Source: Veleropilina oligotropha | Lineage: Eukaryota | Length of the DNA stretch: 64,000 nt | Direction: 5' to 3' | Assembly (NCBI GenBank): GCA_048128005.1 | Contig: JBEUKZ010000050.1 | Location: 62,001 to 126,000 of the forward strand | Shown here: one piece after another, positions 12,945-24,929 of the stretch | How the letters are laid out: each line of letters opens with the position of its first letter | Position numbering within the stretch: position 1 is the first letter of the stretch | Program-made: the position numbers and the translations under genes | Notes under the pieces: model-generated | What the model was told of the DNA's origin: nothing | Seen by the model: only the letters and a program-made list of their open reading frames with translations | Databases searched by the model: none

Positions 12945-14030
12945 TCATGTGTAAGTTGAAAATTGCCGGTGCCATGGAGTGCTCGTCTCAGATCGTGCAT
13001 TTGCATCTTGCTTACTTCTGTTAGCTTTTCTATTAATTCTGGTAGTCGTTGCGCTTTCCAGTTGACTGATTGCTTTAGTCTATTATTAATGGATTCGGAA
13101 TTGTTATTAGTCCATTGAGATGAAATTTTTCCCAAAACAATAGGTTCTATTACATATGTCCACAACAGATCGCGTAATTTTGATTGAAAGTGCAATTGGA
13201 ATCGGGGATATTTTTCGAAATAAAGCTGCATGAGGTTAATTTTGTAATCGTATGAAAATGATTCATCTGATGTATGGATTATACCTTCTTTCCCAAAGAT
13301 TGAAGTTATAATACCCTCTCTGTCCTTCATGGAGCACCCAACCTTGTCCTGTAAAAACCGTCGCAAATTGTCTTTAAGGTGTTTCGTGCATAGCAACTGT
13401 GTACTTTTAGGAAAACAGTTTTGTATGGCTTTTCGTAATGCCCGTTCCTCATCCGTACCGAAGATGAACTCACCATCTCCCAGTTTACGTCGCAAATGAG
13501 ACATAAATATGTCGTAAACGTCAGCATCCCCATCCCAATGTAAAAACATTGGTCCCAACATTATCGGATTGTCCTTTGTTTCTCTGCGTACCACTTTTCG
13601 ATTTTTATACGACGTTGGTGTGACGTAGCATGCGCCGAGGTTAAATGTTCTATCTATCCCAATGATGCTTCCCATTTCACCGGAACAGTTAGTTTTCATG
13701 TCTTCAATTTGGGACTCCGAATACAATATTACGCACGGCGGTTTGTTTTTCTGGTGGATTATTTCTTGCACATGTTCGTTCGTTTGCAACATGGCAATAA
13801 CGCCCAGCAATTCGCCTGCGACATTTTTTGGTCTGGCATTTGTGTCCTCTTTCTTTGAATCTCGATACTTTTTGTCTCTCACTTGTTTCGCCGACTTCGG
13901 TGCGCCATCAACTGAATCATCCAACGACATTTGATAAACGACGTCACGGGGATTTTTCGTTTGCGCTGCCACGCTTGCCTTTTGCAGCACGTTAGGCCGA
14001 TATACGGAGACGGGGTGCCAATAGATCAGT
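12945..14030 (-). pseudogene. MULE DDE transposase core, interrupted by Academ
   Basis: Motifs IGIDRTFNLG, FGTDEERAL, LLCTKHLKDN (CxxH) and WTNNNSESINNRLK. Confidence 0.9.
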
Positions 14031-14398
14031 TCTTGATAAATGAACTTGTATATTTGTACCATTTCTTTACAATGGTAAAATGCTCGTATAATAACATATC
14101 GATGTTGCATTAAAGTCGTGAAATAAATATTATACTTTTACGATTAAAATTACACTTTATATCACTTGATATGTATACTTTAATGTGCGACGATCTGACC
14201 GTGTGAATATCTGAGTGAATATCCGTGTGAATATCTGACTGCTACGATCTAACCGTCTGTTTGGACGATCTGACTGTACGGCGAAATGACTGTGGATGCG
14301 GGACTCGATCACGCAACCTTCGTGATAATGGTCTGTTCATATACATTACTATATTGACATTTGGTTATACGACAAAGCAAATACGATAATAGTCTTAC

Positions 14399-14647
14399 CT
14401 GGGTCAAACGTTGTATTCCCATGAAGTAGTCGAACGTTTCCATATCTCCTTCAGATCTGCATACTTTACAAACATACCCTTCGCTTAAGGATTGCCAGTG
14501 TTTGTAATCGTTCTCGACATCTTCACACCCCACATGATACGACGAATTACACATCTCGCATACTAAATTCTCAGATCTACAGTCTTTCTTACATCTCTGA
14601 CATGGCAACTGAACCTTTCGTTTACGATTACCACACGCACGACCCAT
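14399..14647 (-). CDS. MULE gene 5' exon encoding a PHD-like finger
   Basis: ATG at 14647; 83 codons containing CQRC..CEMC...YHVGC..CKVC (C4HC3); ends at a cag|gtaaga donor in phase 0. Confidence 0.65.
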
Positions 14648-16325
14648 TCTGGCAGAGGTAAAGTCGAAGATACAGCACAACCGTTCTCGAGTGCAAGACG
14701 AATATCAATGGATATAATATCACAAATCAAAATATGAACAGTCCAACGCGATGGCGAGTACACTCAGGAAACAGGGATAAGGAAAATCAGAAAATCAAGC
14801 ACAGCTGTAAAGCGAGGCAATACCATGAGGTGATCATGTGAAGATTTCACGAAGTATTTATACAGATATGCCGCGAATTGGAACACAAACGATTGTTTAA
14901 CAGGTGTGGATAATCCGTGTACGAGTAGCAAATGTCAAAACATCAAAGTCATCGGAACTTCACGGACCGCTTTGCAATGTTCATCCCGAATTATAAATTG
15001 AGACAAAGGTCTGACTTGTGATCAACTTTTTCTTAGGGAAACCGTTGAAGTTTAATTATATGACGCATGGCAAGTCATTTGATCTAAATCATACTTGAAA
15101 TGATAATAATTGTTGGCGTGTGCAAAGGATTGTGCTCCGCTCTTTGTTGTAGGCCCTTTGTCATTTCTACCTTGAACCAATTTTGACAAATGTCGGTTCA
15201 ATGTTGTTGGATTGGGGTTGCTTTGGAGCGATACCGTTATAGGTTAATTATGTTTGACTTCGCCTATAGTACCTATCCGATATGCGACCAGATAGAAGGA
15301 ACCAAATAGAAATCATGCATACAATTCTTTCATTCAACTTTTATAATTAGCTACAAATATCATGATTTCAGTGTATCGAATTTTGGTCTCTTCAATTGGA
15401 ACAATTGAAAGATTTGAGTTCCCGACTAGCGACTAACTAATCCACATATACGCAATTGCCAGGCATGGATAAAATACTGTTATATATTATATTATACACT
15501 CACAGTAATTATGTATAGGTGATTCGTTGGAACAATTATGATGTCGATTGGGGTTCGTTTATATTGTTGTACACTGTACAGTCGTGAAGCGTTTTGGATT
15601 TGCGCACACAACGGAACCGTCAAGGACCATAAAAATAATTATTACAAAATAAAGATAACATAATTCATTATATATATTTGTGTTGTCTATCATATTTTCA
15701 TGCTACCAGTTGGATTTAGTTCGTTTAAACCGTTTCGCGAATTTAACATTTGCGATCCCGACTTCCGACGGACTCAAAAGCAATGTTCGCAATTGCAATT
15801 TGGCTCAAAATATTAATTTAATTCAAAATAATGTATACTATAATGTACTGTAGATGGTCGATGTTCGTTGGACCATTTTTGAGGTAGATTGGTGTTCGTT
15901 TACTGTGCCGTATTGTTGAACGGCGCCGTGAAACGCTTTCGGAGCGGCATCGTCAAACGATTGCGATTTGCGCACACAATGGAACCGACAAGGACACTAT
16001 TTAGCGCAATAAAAATAATTATTACAAAATAAAGATAACATAATTCATTATATATTTGTATTGTTTATCATATTTGCATGCTACCAGTTGGATTTAGTTC
16101 GTGTAATTAGAACCGTTTCGCGAATTCAATATTTGTGATCCCGACTTCCGCGAACTAAAAAACGATGTACGCAATTGCAATTGGGCCTAATATAATTAAA
16201 TAAATCATAATGTGCACATTATGGATGTATATTATAGTTGACAGGGGGTCGATTGGGGTTCGATTGGGGTCGATTGGGGTTCGATTGGGGTCGATTGGGG
16301 TCGATTGGGGTAAATCGACGTGCCG

Positions 16326-16700
16326 CACATACACAGCTAGTGGAAGCAACCATTGCAATCGAAAAAGTGCAGTGTCCAACAGCACGATGGATCTCTCACT
16401 GCTTTCGAAAGACGTTGAGTGTTGAAACGATGTTACAAGACGCTGTTTGACCCACCCTTGCTATTAGGAAAAAGGGCAAGGCTTGCTGCCTTCTACAAGT
16501 GCCACAACGGTGGATTGTTTACGATCACCTCACAGCACCACCATTCGCCCTCTAAATTCGACGCAGTTGCAACCACATCCCAGCACCGAGAACCACATAT
16601 CGGCAGATGAGCTTCTTCACTCGTACCATCCGCGAGTGAAACTGTTTACCCCGACGATGTTGTGTTAGCGCCGTTCTTGGCTAGGCACGGCCAGGATGGC
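16326..16700 (+). pseudogene. Same LINE, 3' piece (RT C-terminus)
   Basis: Resumes after the TSD with HTQ..IEKVQCPTARWI..SVETML..*PTL..RLAAFYK..SFFTRTIRE*NCLP, the usual continuation of the LEYA..W.P motif. Confidence 0.8.
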
Positions 16701-16759
16701 CGGTAGCTCCCACATGAGCCGTAGGCTATATATATTCGGACAATATGCATTGATAATTA

Positions 16760-18011
16760 CCTTTTTATCCCTTGCAGCTAAATACTGGCTCAGAATGTTT
16801 ACCCTTGACCGAGATATGTTAGTGCATAAAGCATATTTGCAGTCATATGCCCTAATTAATGAAAATTCTTGGGCAAGTTACATTAAGAAGATCTGGACAA
16901 ACTTGAATCTGTTTGGCTCAATCAAGGAGCTAAAAATAAAAACAGAACAATTATGTTATTACAACACACTATGGGAGCAAACTTTAGGTTAAATTGGTCT
17001 AATTACATTAATAAAGACTCCGCTACCGGTATTGTTAATCCATCAGCAGCTCAATCTAAACTACGCACATACCGGCTTTTCAAGAAAAATTTGCATTGAA
17101 AACTATATTTTAAACGATAAAAGTTATATAAAAAGGGCCCAATTTAACAAACTGCGTGTGAGTGCACATACCCTTCAAATAGAAGTTGGTCGATATACTA
17201 CACCAAAAACTCCCCCTGAAAACCGTATTTGCTCCCTATGTAAAACTCAATCTGTGGAAGACGAGTGACATTTTATTATTCTCTGCTCCCTTTATGACAA
17301 AGAAAGGGCTACTCTAACTCAATCTTTAGACTCTTTCACTACATTTTAATCATTGACCGAAGACCAACAATTTATGTTTATTATGTCATGTAATGATGGT
17401 GACTCTGAAGTTAGTACACTTGTGTTAAACTTTGTGACGGAGTGTATGCTCAAAAGACAACAATTTATGACCACAACCGTATGAACATTAATTAAGTCAA
17501 GGAAGTTTGTATTTTTACTTATATATATTTTTCCCAGGTGAATTACTCAGTACATGTATTTGTTTTGTGCTAATATGATGTACTTTTCGATATATATTAG
17601 GTTTGTCCCATCACGTACGTGATTATTTGCGCAGTTGGACCTCGTCATCCGCTCTGGTCAGTGGGCTTCTTCGGGCTGGTGGGTTGCGACATGACCATAT
17701 GGTGGTGTTCCGCAATACCACCTGGCGGTCATGGCGTGACTCGTCGGTCTGGGGAGGGTCCGCTGGCCGGCAGGGGGGGGGGGGGTCTTGCTGGGCAGAT
17801 GTTCGTGATGAGGCAAACCTAATTTATTTATTTAATTAAAAAATCAAACCTATGAATCTCATTACATTTAGTATCATTTGATTAACTTAACTATTTTATG
17901 TTTGTATGCCTACAATTATTTTCTCACCATGTTATGTTTTATTGTCTTTGTCCAAAGCTATATCTGCTTGTATGTAGATTTTGTGCTTATTAAAATTGAT
18001 TGATTGATTGA
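16760..18011 (+). pseudogene. 5'-truncated LINE 3' end (RTE-X-like) with C-terminal CCHC finger and (attg)n tail
   Basis: KYWLRM..KAY..SWASYIK, KLRTY, KLRVSAHTLQIEVGRY..RICSLC..VEDE*HF..C..Y; tail aaaattgattgattgattg at ~17992-18011. Confidence 0.75.
17600..17819. mobile_element. 220-bp MITE with TA TSD
   Basis: ta|ggtttgtcccatcacgtac ... gttcgtgatgaggcaaacc|ta. Confidence 0.6.
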
Positions 18012-18546
18012 TATATTATATAGTAGTAGGAGTACGTCATATATCTTCGGTTACAATGACATGGCAATGAGCTTTTAACATGTTGTTAACTTGATTATCG
18101 AATAAGTGTATCTAACGACAAGTAGAATCAGTGACGTAGGAGCCGGATGTGGGGGGGGGGGGGGTGAGTATTTGACTCAGATTTTTAGACTTCATAGTTT
18201 TTATGTGTGCAGCATCTCAAGAACTGATTTTTACCGTCCATTTTAGATCAAAATAAGTTTTCGAGCAAAATCTGCTTTCGATCAACTATGCCCACTTAAT
18301 GCAATTGTGCGCGATTTTTATAAAATAAGTGAGGTATTTCACCATCAATATTTTACTAATGCCCATAGACAGAAGACTTAAAGTATATCTTCGCCCATAG
18401 CTTTTATCACACGTACAATATCCTTGAGATATCTGCATCTACCGACAGTCACCATTATTGTACAACAGACTGGGCATGAGGCTATTACATGCCTACACCT
18501 TTTATGAAGTGGTGAAATGATTCGTAAATATTGTTAACAAATATTA

Positions 18547-19486
18547 ACGAACGACGTTCGTCCTATAGATTAGGGACACAACCACAATATCTGCACATAT
18601 CTGTGCATACCTTGCAACTTGAACCGGATGGTCACGAATTGACCACTGCGCAAACTCGAGTCAGCCCTGTTTCGAAGGAAATTCGGTATTTTTACGACAA
18701 CGGCCGATTTTAAACTTCAAATTATCCAATTTTAAAATTCAAATTATCCAAGTACAATAACATTAATAACGCGACAAATTGATATAAACCCATTGCTATC
18801 GTCTGTGCATATATCTTTTTCTGCAAGAATGGCGTGATGTTTTGATAATTGCGACGTCAGAGAAAATGCGTAGCTAAGCAACAATGAGTGACGTCGCGGA
18901 ATGTGTGAGCTAATTACACTAGACGTTAAGAAGACAGGGTACGGATTTCATAATTTTTATTTGTGTATAATCCCTATTCTGCGTTCGTATCTAGGTGCTA
19001 CCTACAACCACTCTCCAGGCAAAGAGATACGAAACGACGACCCCAGTCTTATATCTCTGCTCTCGCTGGTCGCTATGTGGCGGATCGCCACATAGTTAAT
19101 ATACATATTATTTCGCTTCAGTTTGTAATTTAATGAAGTGCAAATGACATGGTTAAGTGTTTTCAAGAAAAGGGTAGGCTAATAACAACGTTTTAAATAT
19201 GAAATACAGTGATGTTAAACAGCAAATAGTTCCGCGTAGCCATATTCAGCCAATTTATGCCAATTTATTCACCGCGTAGCTAATTTATTAACTGCACAAA
19301 CGCTTCTAAAAGTTTATTTTAATTAACTTTTAACTAAATTTGATATATTAAATACATATTAATGTTTGGAAAATTTCAACGAGACGATATTCCAGTCGGG
19401 AAAGAAGTAGGCGGACCAGCGAGAGCATAGTCAATAGACTATGACTAGACTATGACTATGCGAGCAGAGTGACCTACAACATATTA
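18547..19486 (+). mobile_element. Single copy of the Helentron-like unit (contains a nested MITE)
   Basis: acgaacg..ctacctacaacatatta inserted at aaatatta|cattt; the empty paralogous site lies at ~52333-52380 on the minus strand. Confidence 0.85.
19009..19471. mobile_element. 463-bp MITE with CAC..GTG termini and 9-bp TSD (AcademH-like)
   Basis: TSD acctacaac at 19000-19008 and 19472-19480; termini cactctcc/gcagagtg; subterminal IR tgctctcgctggtc / gaccagcgagagca. Confidence 0.8.
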
Positions 19487-19542
19487 CATTTACATCATCA
19501 GAATATTGTGATGTATGGGAGATAACTCCTACTACCTTAATA

Positions 19543-22260
19543 ACGAACGAAGATCGTCCTATAGATTAGGGACATGACCACAATATCAACACATACCTGT
19601 GCATATCCTTGCAACTTGAACCGGATGGTCACGAATTGACCACTGCGCAAACTCCAGTCAGCCATGTTTCCAAGGAAATTCGGTATTTTTACGACAACGG
19701 CCGATTTTAAACTTCAAATTATCCAATTTTAAACTTCAAATTATCCAAGTACAATAACATTAATAACGCGACAAATTGATATAAACCCATTGCTATCGTC
19801 TTTGCATATATAGTTGTATATCTTCTTCTGCAAGAATGGCGTGATGTTTTGATAATGGCGACGTCAGAGAAAATGCGTAGCTAAGCAACAATGAGTGACG
19901 TCGCGGAATGTGTGTCAGCTAATTACAATAGACGTTAAGAAGACAGGGTACGGATTTCATAATTTTTATTTGTCTATAATCCCTATTCTGCGTTCGTATC
20001 TAGGTGCTACCTACAACATATTAACGAACGAAGTTCGTCCTATAGATTAGGGACACAACCACAATATCTGAACATATCTGTGCATACCTTGCAACTGGAA
20101 CCGGATGGTCACGAATTGACCACTGCGCAAACTCCAGTCAGCCATGTTTCCAAGGAAATTCGGTATTTTTACGACAACGGCCGATTTTAAACTTCAAACT
20201 ATAACATTAATAACGCGACAAATTGATATAAACCCATTGCTATCGTCTGTGCATATATCTTTTTCTGCAAGAATGGCGTGATGTTTTGATAATTGCGACG
20301 TCAGAGAAAATGCGTAGCTAAGCAACAATGAGTGACGTCGCGGAATGTGTGTCAGCTAATTACACGGTATCATGACAATTCGACCCCAAACAAATTCGTC
20401 CCCTAGTAAATATGACAATTCGCCCCCAGAATCCTAGACAAAAAAGAAGACATCGCTGGGTACGGATTTCATAATTTTTATTTGTGTATAATCCCTATTC
20501 TGCGTTCGTATCTAGGTGCTACCTACAACATATTAACGAACGAAGATCTTCCTATAGATTAGGGACATGACTACAATATCTACACATACCTGTGCATATC
20601 CTTGCAACTTGAACCGGATGGTCACGAATTGACCACTGCGCAAACTCCAGTCAGCCATGTATCGAATGTTTTGTGTTCACCACTCGATCTCGTTGATCTA
20701 TTTTTATTGGAGTACCAAAATCTCGCACCATCGAGATATGCAAAACAACGTAATTATTGGACAACGGCCGATTTTAAACTTCAAATTATCCAAGTACAAT
20801 AACACTAATAACGCGACAAATTGATATAAACCCAATACTCTCATCTATGCATATCTCTTTTGCTACAAGAATGGCGTGATGTTTTGAAAAATTGTGACGT
20901 CGGCGAAAATGCGTAGCTAAGCAACAACGGGTGACGTCGCGGAATAGGTGTAGTTTTTAACAAGTGACGCCATAGAATGTGCGTAGCAACAATGTGCGAC
21001 GTCGCGGAATGGGTGTCGGCTTACACTAGACGTTATGAATAAAAGACGTGTTTCAAAATTAAGCAAACATTACATCGCAGAGTACAGATTTCATAAAAAA
21101 TTTTTATGTATAATCTCTATTCTACGTTCGTATCTAGGTGCTACCTACAACATATTAACGAACGCAGTTCGCGCGAACGAAGATCGTCCTATAGATTAGG
21201 GACATGACCACAATATCTACACATACCTGTGCATATCCTTGCAACTTGAACCGGATGGTCACGAATTGACCACTGCGCAAACTCCAGTCAGCCATGTATC
21301 GAACGTTTTGTGTTCACCACTCGATCTCGTTGATCTATGTTTATTGGAGTACCAATATCTCGCACCATCGAGATATGCAAAACAATGTAATTATGGGACA
21401 ACGGCCGATTTTAAACTTCAAATTATCCAAGTACAATAACACTAATAACGCGACAAATTGATATAAACCCAATACTCTCATCTTTGCATATCTCTTTTGC
21501 TACAAGAATGGCGTGGTTTTGAAAAATTGTGACGTCGGCGAAAATGCGTAGCTAAGCAACAATGGGTGACGTCGCGGAATAGGTGTAGTTTTTAACAAGT
21601 GACGTCAAAGAATGTGCGTAGCAACAATGTGCGACGTCGCGGAATGGGTGTCGGCTTACACTAGACGTTATGAATAAAAGACGTGTTTCAAAATTAAGCA
21701 AACATTACATCGCAGGGTACGGATTTCATAAAAAAAAAGTATGTATAATCTCTATTCTGCGTTCGTATCTAGGTGCTACCTACAACATATTAACGAACGA
21801 AGTTCGTCCTATAGATTAGGGACACGACCACAATATCTACACATACCCGTGCATACCTTGCAACTTGAACCGGATGGTCACGAATTGACCACTGCGCAAA
21901 CTCGAGTCAGCCATGTTTCGAAGCTTTTTACATTGGAGTACCAAAATCTCGCACCATCGAGATATGCAAAACAACGTAATTACGGACAACGGCCGATTTT
22001 AAACTTCAAATTATCCAAGTACAATAACATTAATAACGCGACAAATTGATATAAACCCATTGCTATCGTCTGTGCATATATCTTTTAATGCAAGAATGGC
22101 GTGATGTTTTGATAATTGTGACGTCAGAGAAAATGCGTAGCTAAGCAACAATGAGTGACGTCGCGGAATATGTGTGTCAGCTTACACTAGACGTTATGAT
22201 TTTTATTTGTGTATAATCCCTATTCTGCGTTCGTATCTAGGTGCTACCTACAACATATTA
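19543..22260 (+). repeat. Head-to-tail array of 5 Helentron-like units
   Basis: Units start at 19543, 20024, 20536, 21158 and 21793 (481, 512, 622, 635, 468 bp); all internal junctions read catatta|acgaacg. Confidence 0.95.
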
Positions 22261-22412
22261 TTATATATGATATATATCTATTGATTGTTGATCTTAAACT
22301 ACAATTATATTATATTATTTTGTAGGCAGAGGGTACATTCATAAGTTCATGTAACTTTTTACCTGATCCCTTCCATTATTATTTGGAATAAATACGTTTA
22401 AACTAAACTAAA
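22261..22412 (+). mobile_element. 3' terminus of a CR1-type LINE
   Basis: gagggtacattcataagt..acttttacctgatccct..aataaatacgtttaaactaaactaaac, a stem-loop, AATAAA and (taaac)n tail. Confidence 0.6.
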
Positions 22413-22656
22413 CCGCAAACAATTGAAACGATCTTTTTTCACCGTGCCCGCAGCCACCTTGTTTTCTCATGGCATTATACATGCGGGTTTATTTGCTCGG
22501 GACATCGCTTCTTTTACAAATTAACTGGGTGTTTGGAATGCATTTAAGATAATCACTATGTATAAACATGTGGTTACCATCATTAAAATAAAATTAAAAT
22601 GTCACGTCCTGAATGAGATGAGGCGAATCGGCTCATGGCTGACACAGCGATCGTAT

Positions 22657-22720
22657 TAGTCTAGGGCACCGATCCGGTTTTTTCGCAACCCCGACAAAAC
22701 CGGAACGGTGCCCTAGACTA
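22657..22720. mobile_element. 64-bp hairpin mini-element with TAG..CTA termini and 9-bp TSD (AcademH-like)
   Basis: 25-bp IR tagtctagggcaccg(a/t)tccggtttt; TSD cgatcgtat / cgaccgtat (1 mismatch). Confidence 0.75.
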
Positions 22721-23363
22721 CGACCGTATTGACACGACAGGGAGAGGGAAATAACTCTGCTTGGAGATTGGTAGCGTACCATTTGCGCAAGCGCAAAAAT
22801 TGAAATACTGCGACATCGTAGATACCGCGATATCATAGTAGTCCAGTCAATCTAGGACAAAAAATGGCCTTAACCTAGAACTAATTGCAACATAATTTAT
22901 TTTGAATTTTATTTGTACGTAAATATGTACAAAATAACATATCAAAAGTCGAGGAAAATTTAAATAGGGGAAAGTCTTCAAAATTACGTCTGTGCGAAAT
23001 ATACTACTGAGAGAGGATAGCGGATGACATAGAAATGTCATGCGGTAAGCTAATCGCTATGAATAGTATATGTGAATATATGATTCAATGTATTTATAAG
23101 CAGCTACCAGATTAACCAATCAGAGAACACTTCTGGGCATGTAATGACATCATTTTTAACCAATCAGAATCCACTTCCTGTCAGGCTATTTATAGTAACA
23201 ATGTGGCTATATTTAGTAACACAACGGACGTATAGATAATCAGTTAACGACAATATGTTCAGATGCGTTATGAACCTTCAGCATGAACAATGACATGACA
23301 ATGTAAGTATATAATTGTTTGGTGAAAAATCACTATATAACAATTATATAGTTCATCTAATCA

Positions 23364-24788
23364 CAGTGGCGTAGGAAGCAAATTTGGTTTGGGGGGGTAA
23401 ACTAGTAAAAGGGCACAAAATACGAACGGCCGAAGGCCGTGAGCATTGAGGGCCGGTACGGCCCGAAAAATGTAGGGGGGTCCGGGGGCATGCTCCCCCG
23501 GAAATTTTTTAGTTGTCGGAGGCTTAGATGCGTTTTCCTGCACTCTGGGCTGTATATTGGCCTTTTTATTTACCCAAAAATTTGATAGTTTTGGGAAACA
23601 TATATATATATATATATATATATATCCAGGTCTGTGTTTTGCGACATAAGCAAAGCCTATGCATGTGAGAGTATGTTGGACATATCGCGCACGCAATCAA
23701 AATTTGGGGCGATTTGCTCTAATGGTTCCATGATTACTTGTTTGAATGTTTGTCACCTGTAGTAATAGGAGTTTGACTCTTGTAGAAGTGCCAATATTTT
23801 CCTTACTTGGCCTTTGATATTTGTTTTTTTGTATATGATAATCCGGATGGGATAAAATCTATGATGTATTATATTTATATATACTATGTTCACATTATAT
23901 AATGTAATATAAATTTATGTCGCATTGTCATTTTGACGTAACAGCGAGCGTATTTAAATTCAGATATTCAAACACATTTCGTTATCATGAAGTATACTAT
24001 ATACTGATTAGACTGGAGGAATTGAAATAGGCTAGTCTGTTCACCAATCCTTATCTTAAAACATGAAAATATATATATGATATGATTATTATTTGCAAGA
24101 AATTATTAATGGGATACACACAATAACATTTTTATATTTATATATGTTCACATCTAGTTTAATATCAATTTTAATCGCATGGCCGTTTTTACCATGGCCA
24201 TTTATACCATGGCCATTTTTACCAAGGGCCATTTTTACCATGGCCATTTTTACCGTGGCCATTTTTACTATGGCCATTTTTACCTACACTCGCCGTAAAT
24301 ATAGGGGCACTCTGCCGAAAGTACGGTGTGTGTGTGTGTGTTGTTGTTAAAAAAGGTAACTAAGCACTTTTGAGTAAACAGAGTCATACCAGCTGTACCA
24401 GTACCAACAAACTAGCATCGCGATCGCTTAGCATAATGTAGGAATTGCACATTTTTATGTCATATTAATTATCATTCAGGGAAGAACATAAAATTAAAAC
24501 GAATTGCCCAAGAAGTTGCCACCTACATAAATTTTATTGAAAGAAAATATGGGCCTAACAATTTTATAATACCAAAAGGGCATTTGTTTGAAAAACACAC
24601 TACATAAATATCAATAAGACTAAGTGGACATATGTAATATCCTCATATGCCCCGTCTGCTCAGATATATACTTTTAATTTAAGTCAAAGAGTACCAGTGA
24701 GTTAAAGGGCACTAGTAAAATATTAAGGGCACTAGTAAAATATTGGGGGGGTAAAAACCCCCCTACCCCCCCGGCTCCTACGCCACTG
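23364..24788. mobile_element. Non-autonomous TIR element, CAGTGGCGTAGGA family, 5-bp TSD
   Basis: aatca|cagtggcgtagga ... tcctacgccactg|aatca; contains a 15-bp atggccatttttacc minisatellite at ~24178-24285. Confidence 0.85.
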
Positions 24789-24829
24789 AATCATAATCAC
24801 ATAACTGCATCGGGGGGGGGGGGGGGGGG

Positions 24830-24900
24830 GGCGAGTGGTTAGCGAACCAGACACTCAACCGAGGCAGCCAGGAGGCTCAGGTTCGAGGCCAGCCGGCGGC
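24830..24900 (+). mobile_element. tRNA-derived SINE head
   Basis: A-box-like gcgagtggttag and B-box ggttcgaggcc about 45 nt apart; no full cloverleaf. Confidence 0.45.
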
Positions 24901-24929
24901 ATATGCTACCGCTTAAAATAATAGATGAA

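Larger units (their letters stand above)
402..16325 (-). mobile_element. Mutator-like (MULE) DNA transposon, 15.9 kb including nested inserts
   Basis: 9-bp TSD cacatacac at 393-401 and 16326-16334. Termini gggtgcgtcgatttacccc / ggggtaaatcgacgtgccg. About 1 kb of imperfect, internally repetitive TIR (ccccaatcga arrays and repeated aattgcaattgcg..gtcggga..gcaaat blocks) at ~402-1570 and ~15400-16325. MULE transposase inside. Confidence 0.92.
18129..19506. mobile_element. Fragment of the CAGTG(G/A)CGTAGGA MITE family, host of the first rolling-circle-like unit
   Basis: Starts cagtgacgtaggagc. 18190-18546 plus 19487-19505 is colinear with the reverse complement of ~52333-52705. Confidence 0.75.

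Noticed and set aside
4979..12946. P-element call based on a CATAG start
   Set aside because: No 8-bp TSD; the TAG..CTA ends, 3-bp TSD and XPG fusion fit Academ.
23362..23368. cacagtg RSS heptamer suggesting Transib/RAG
   Set aside because: The other end reads cactg|aatca; the extra ca belongs to the TSD and no nonamer is evident.
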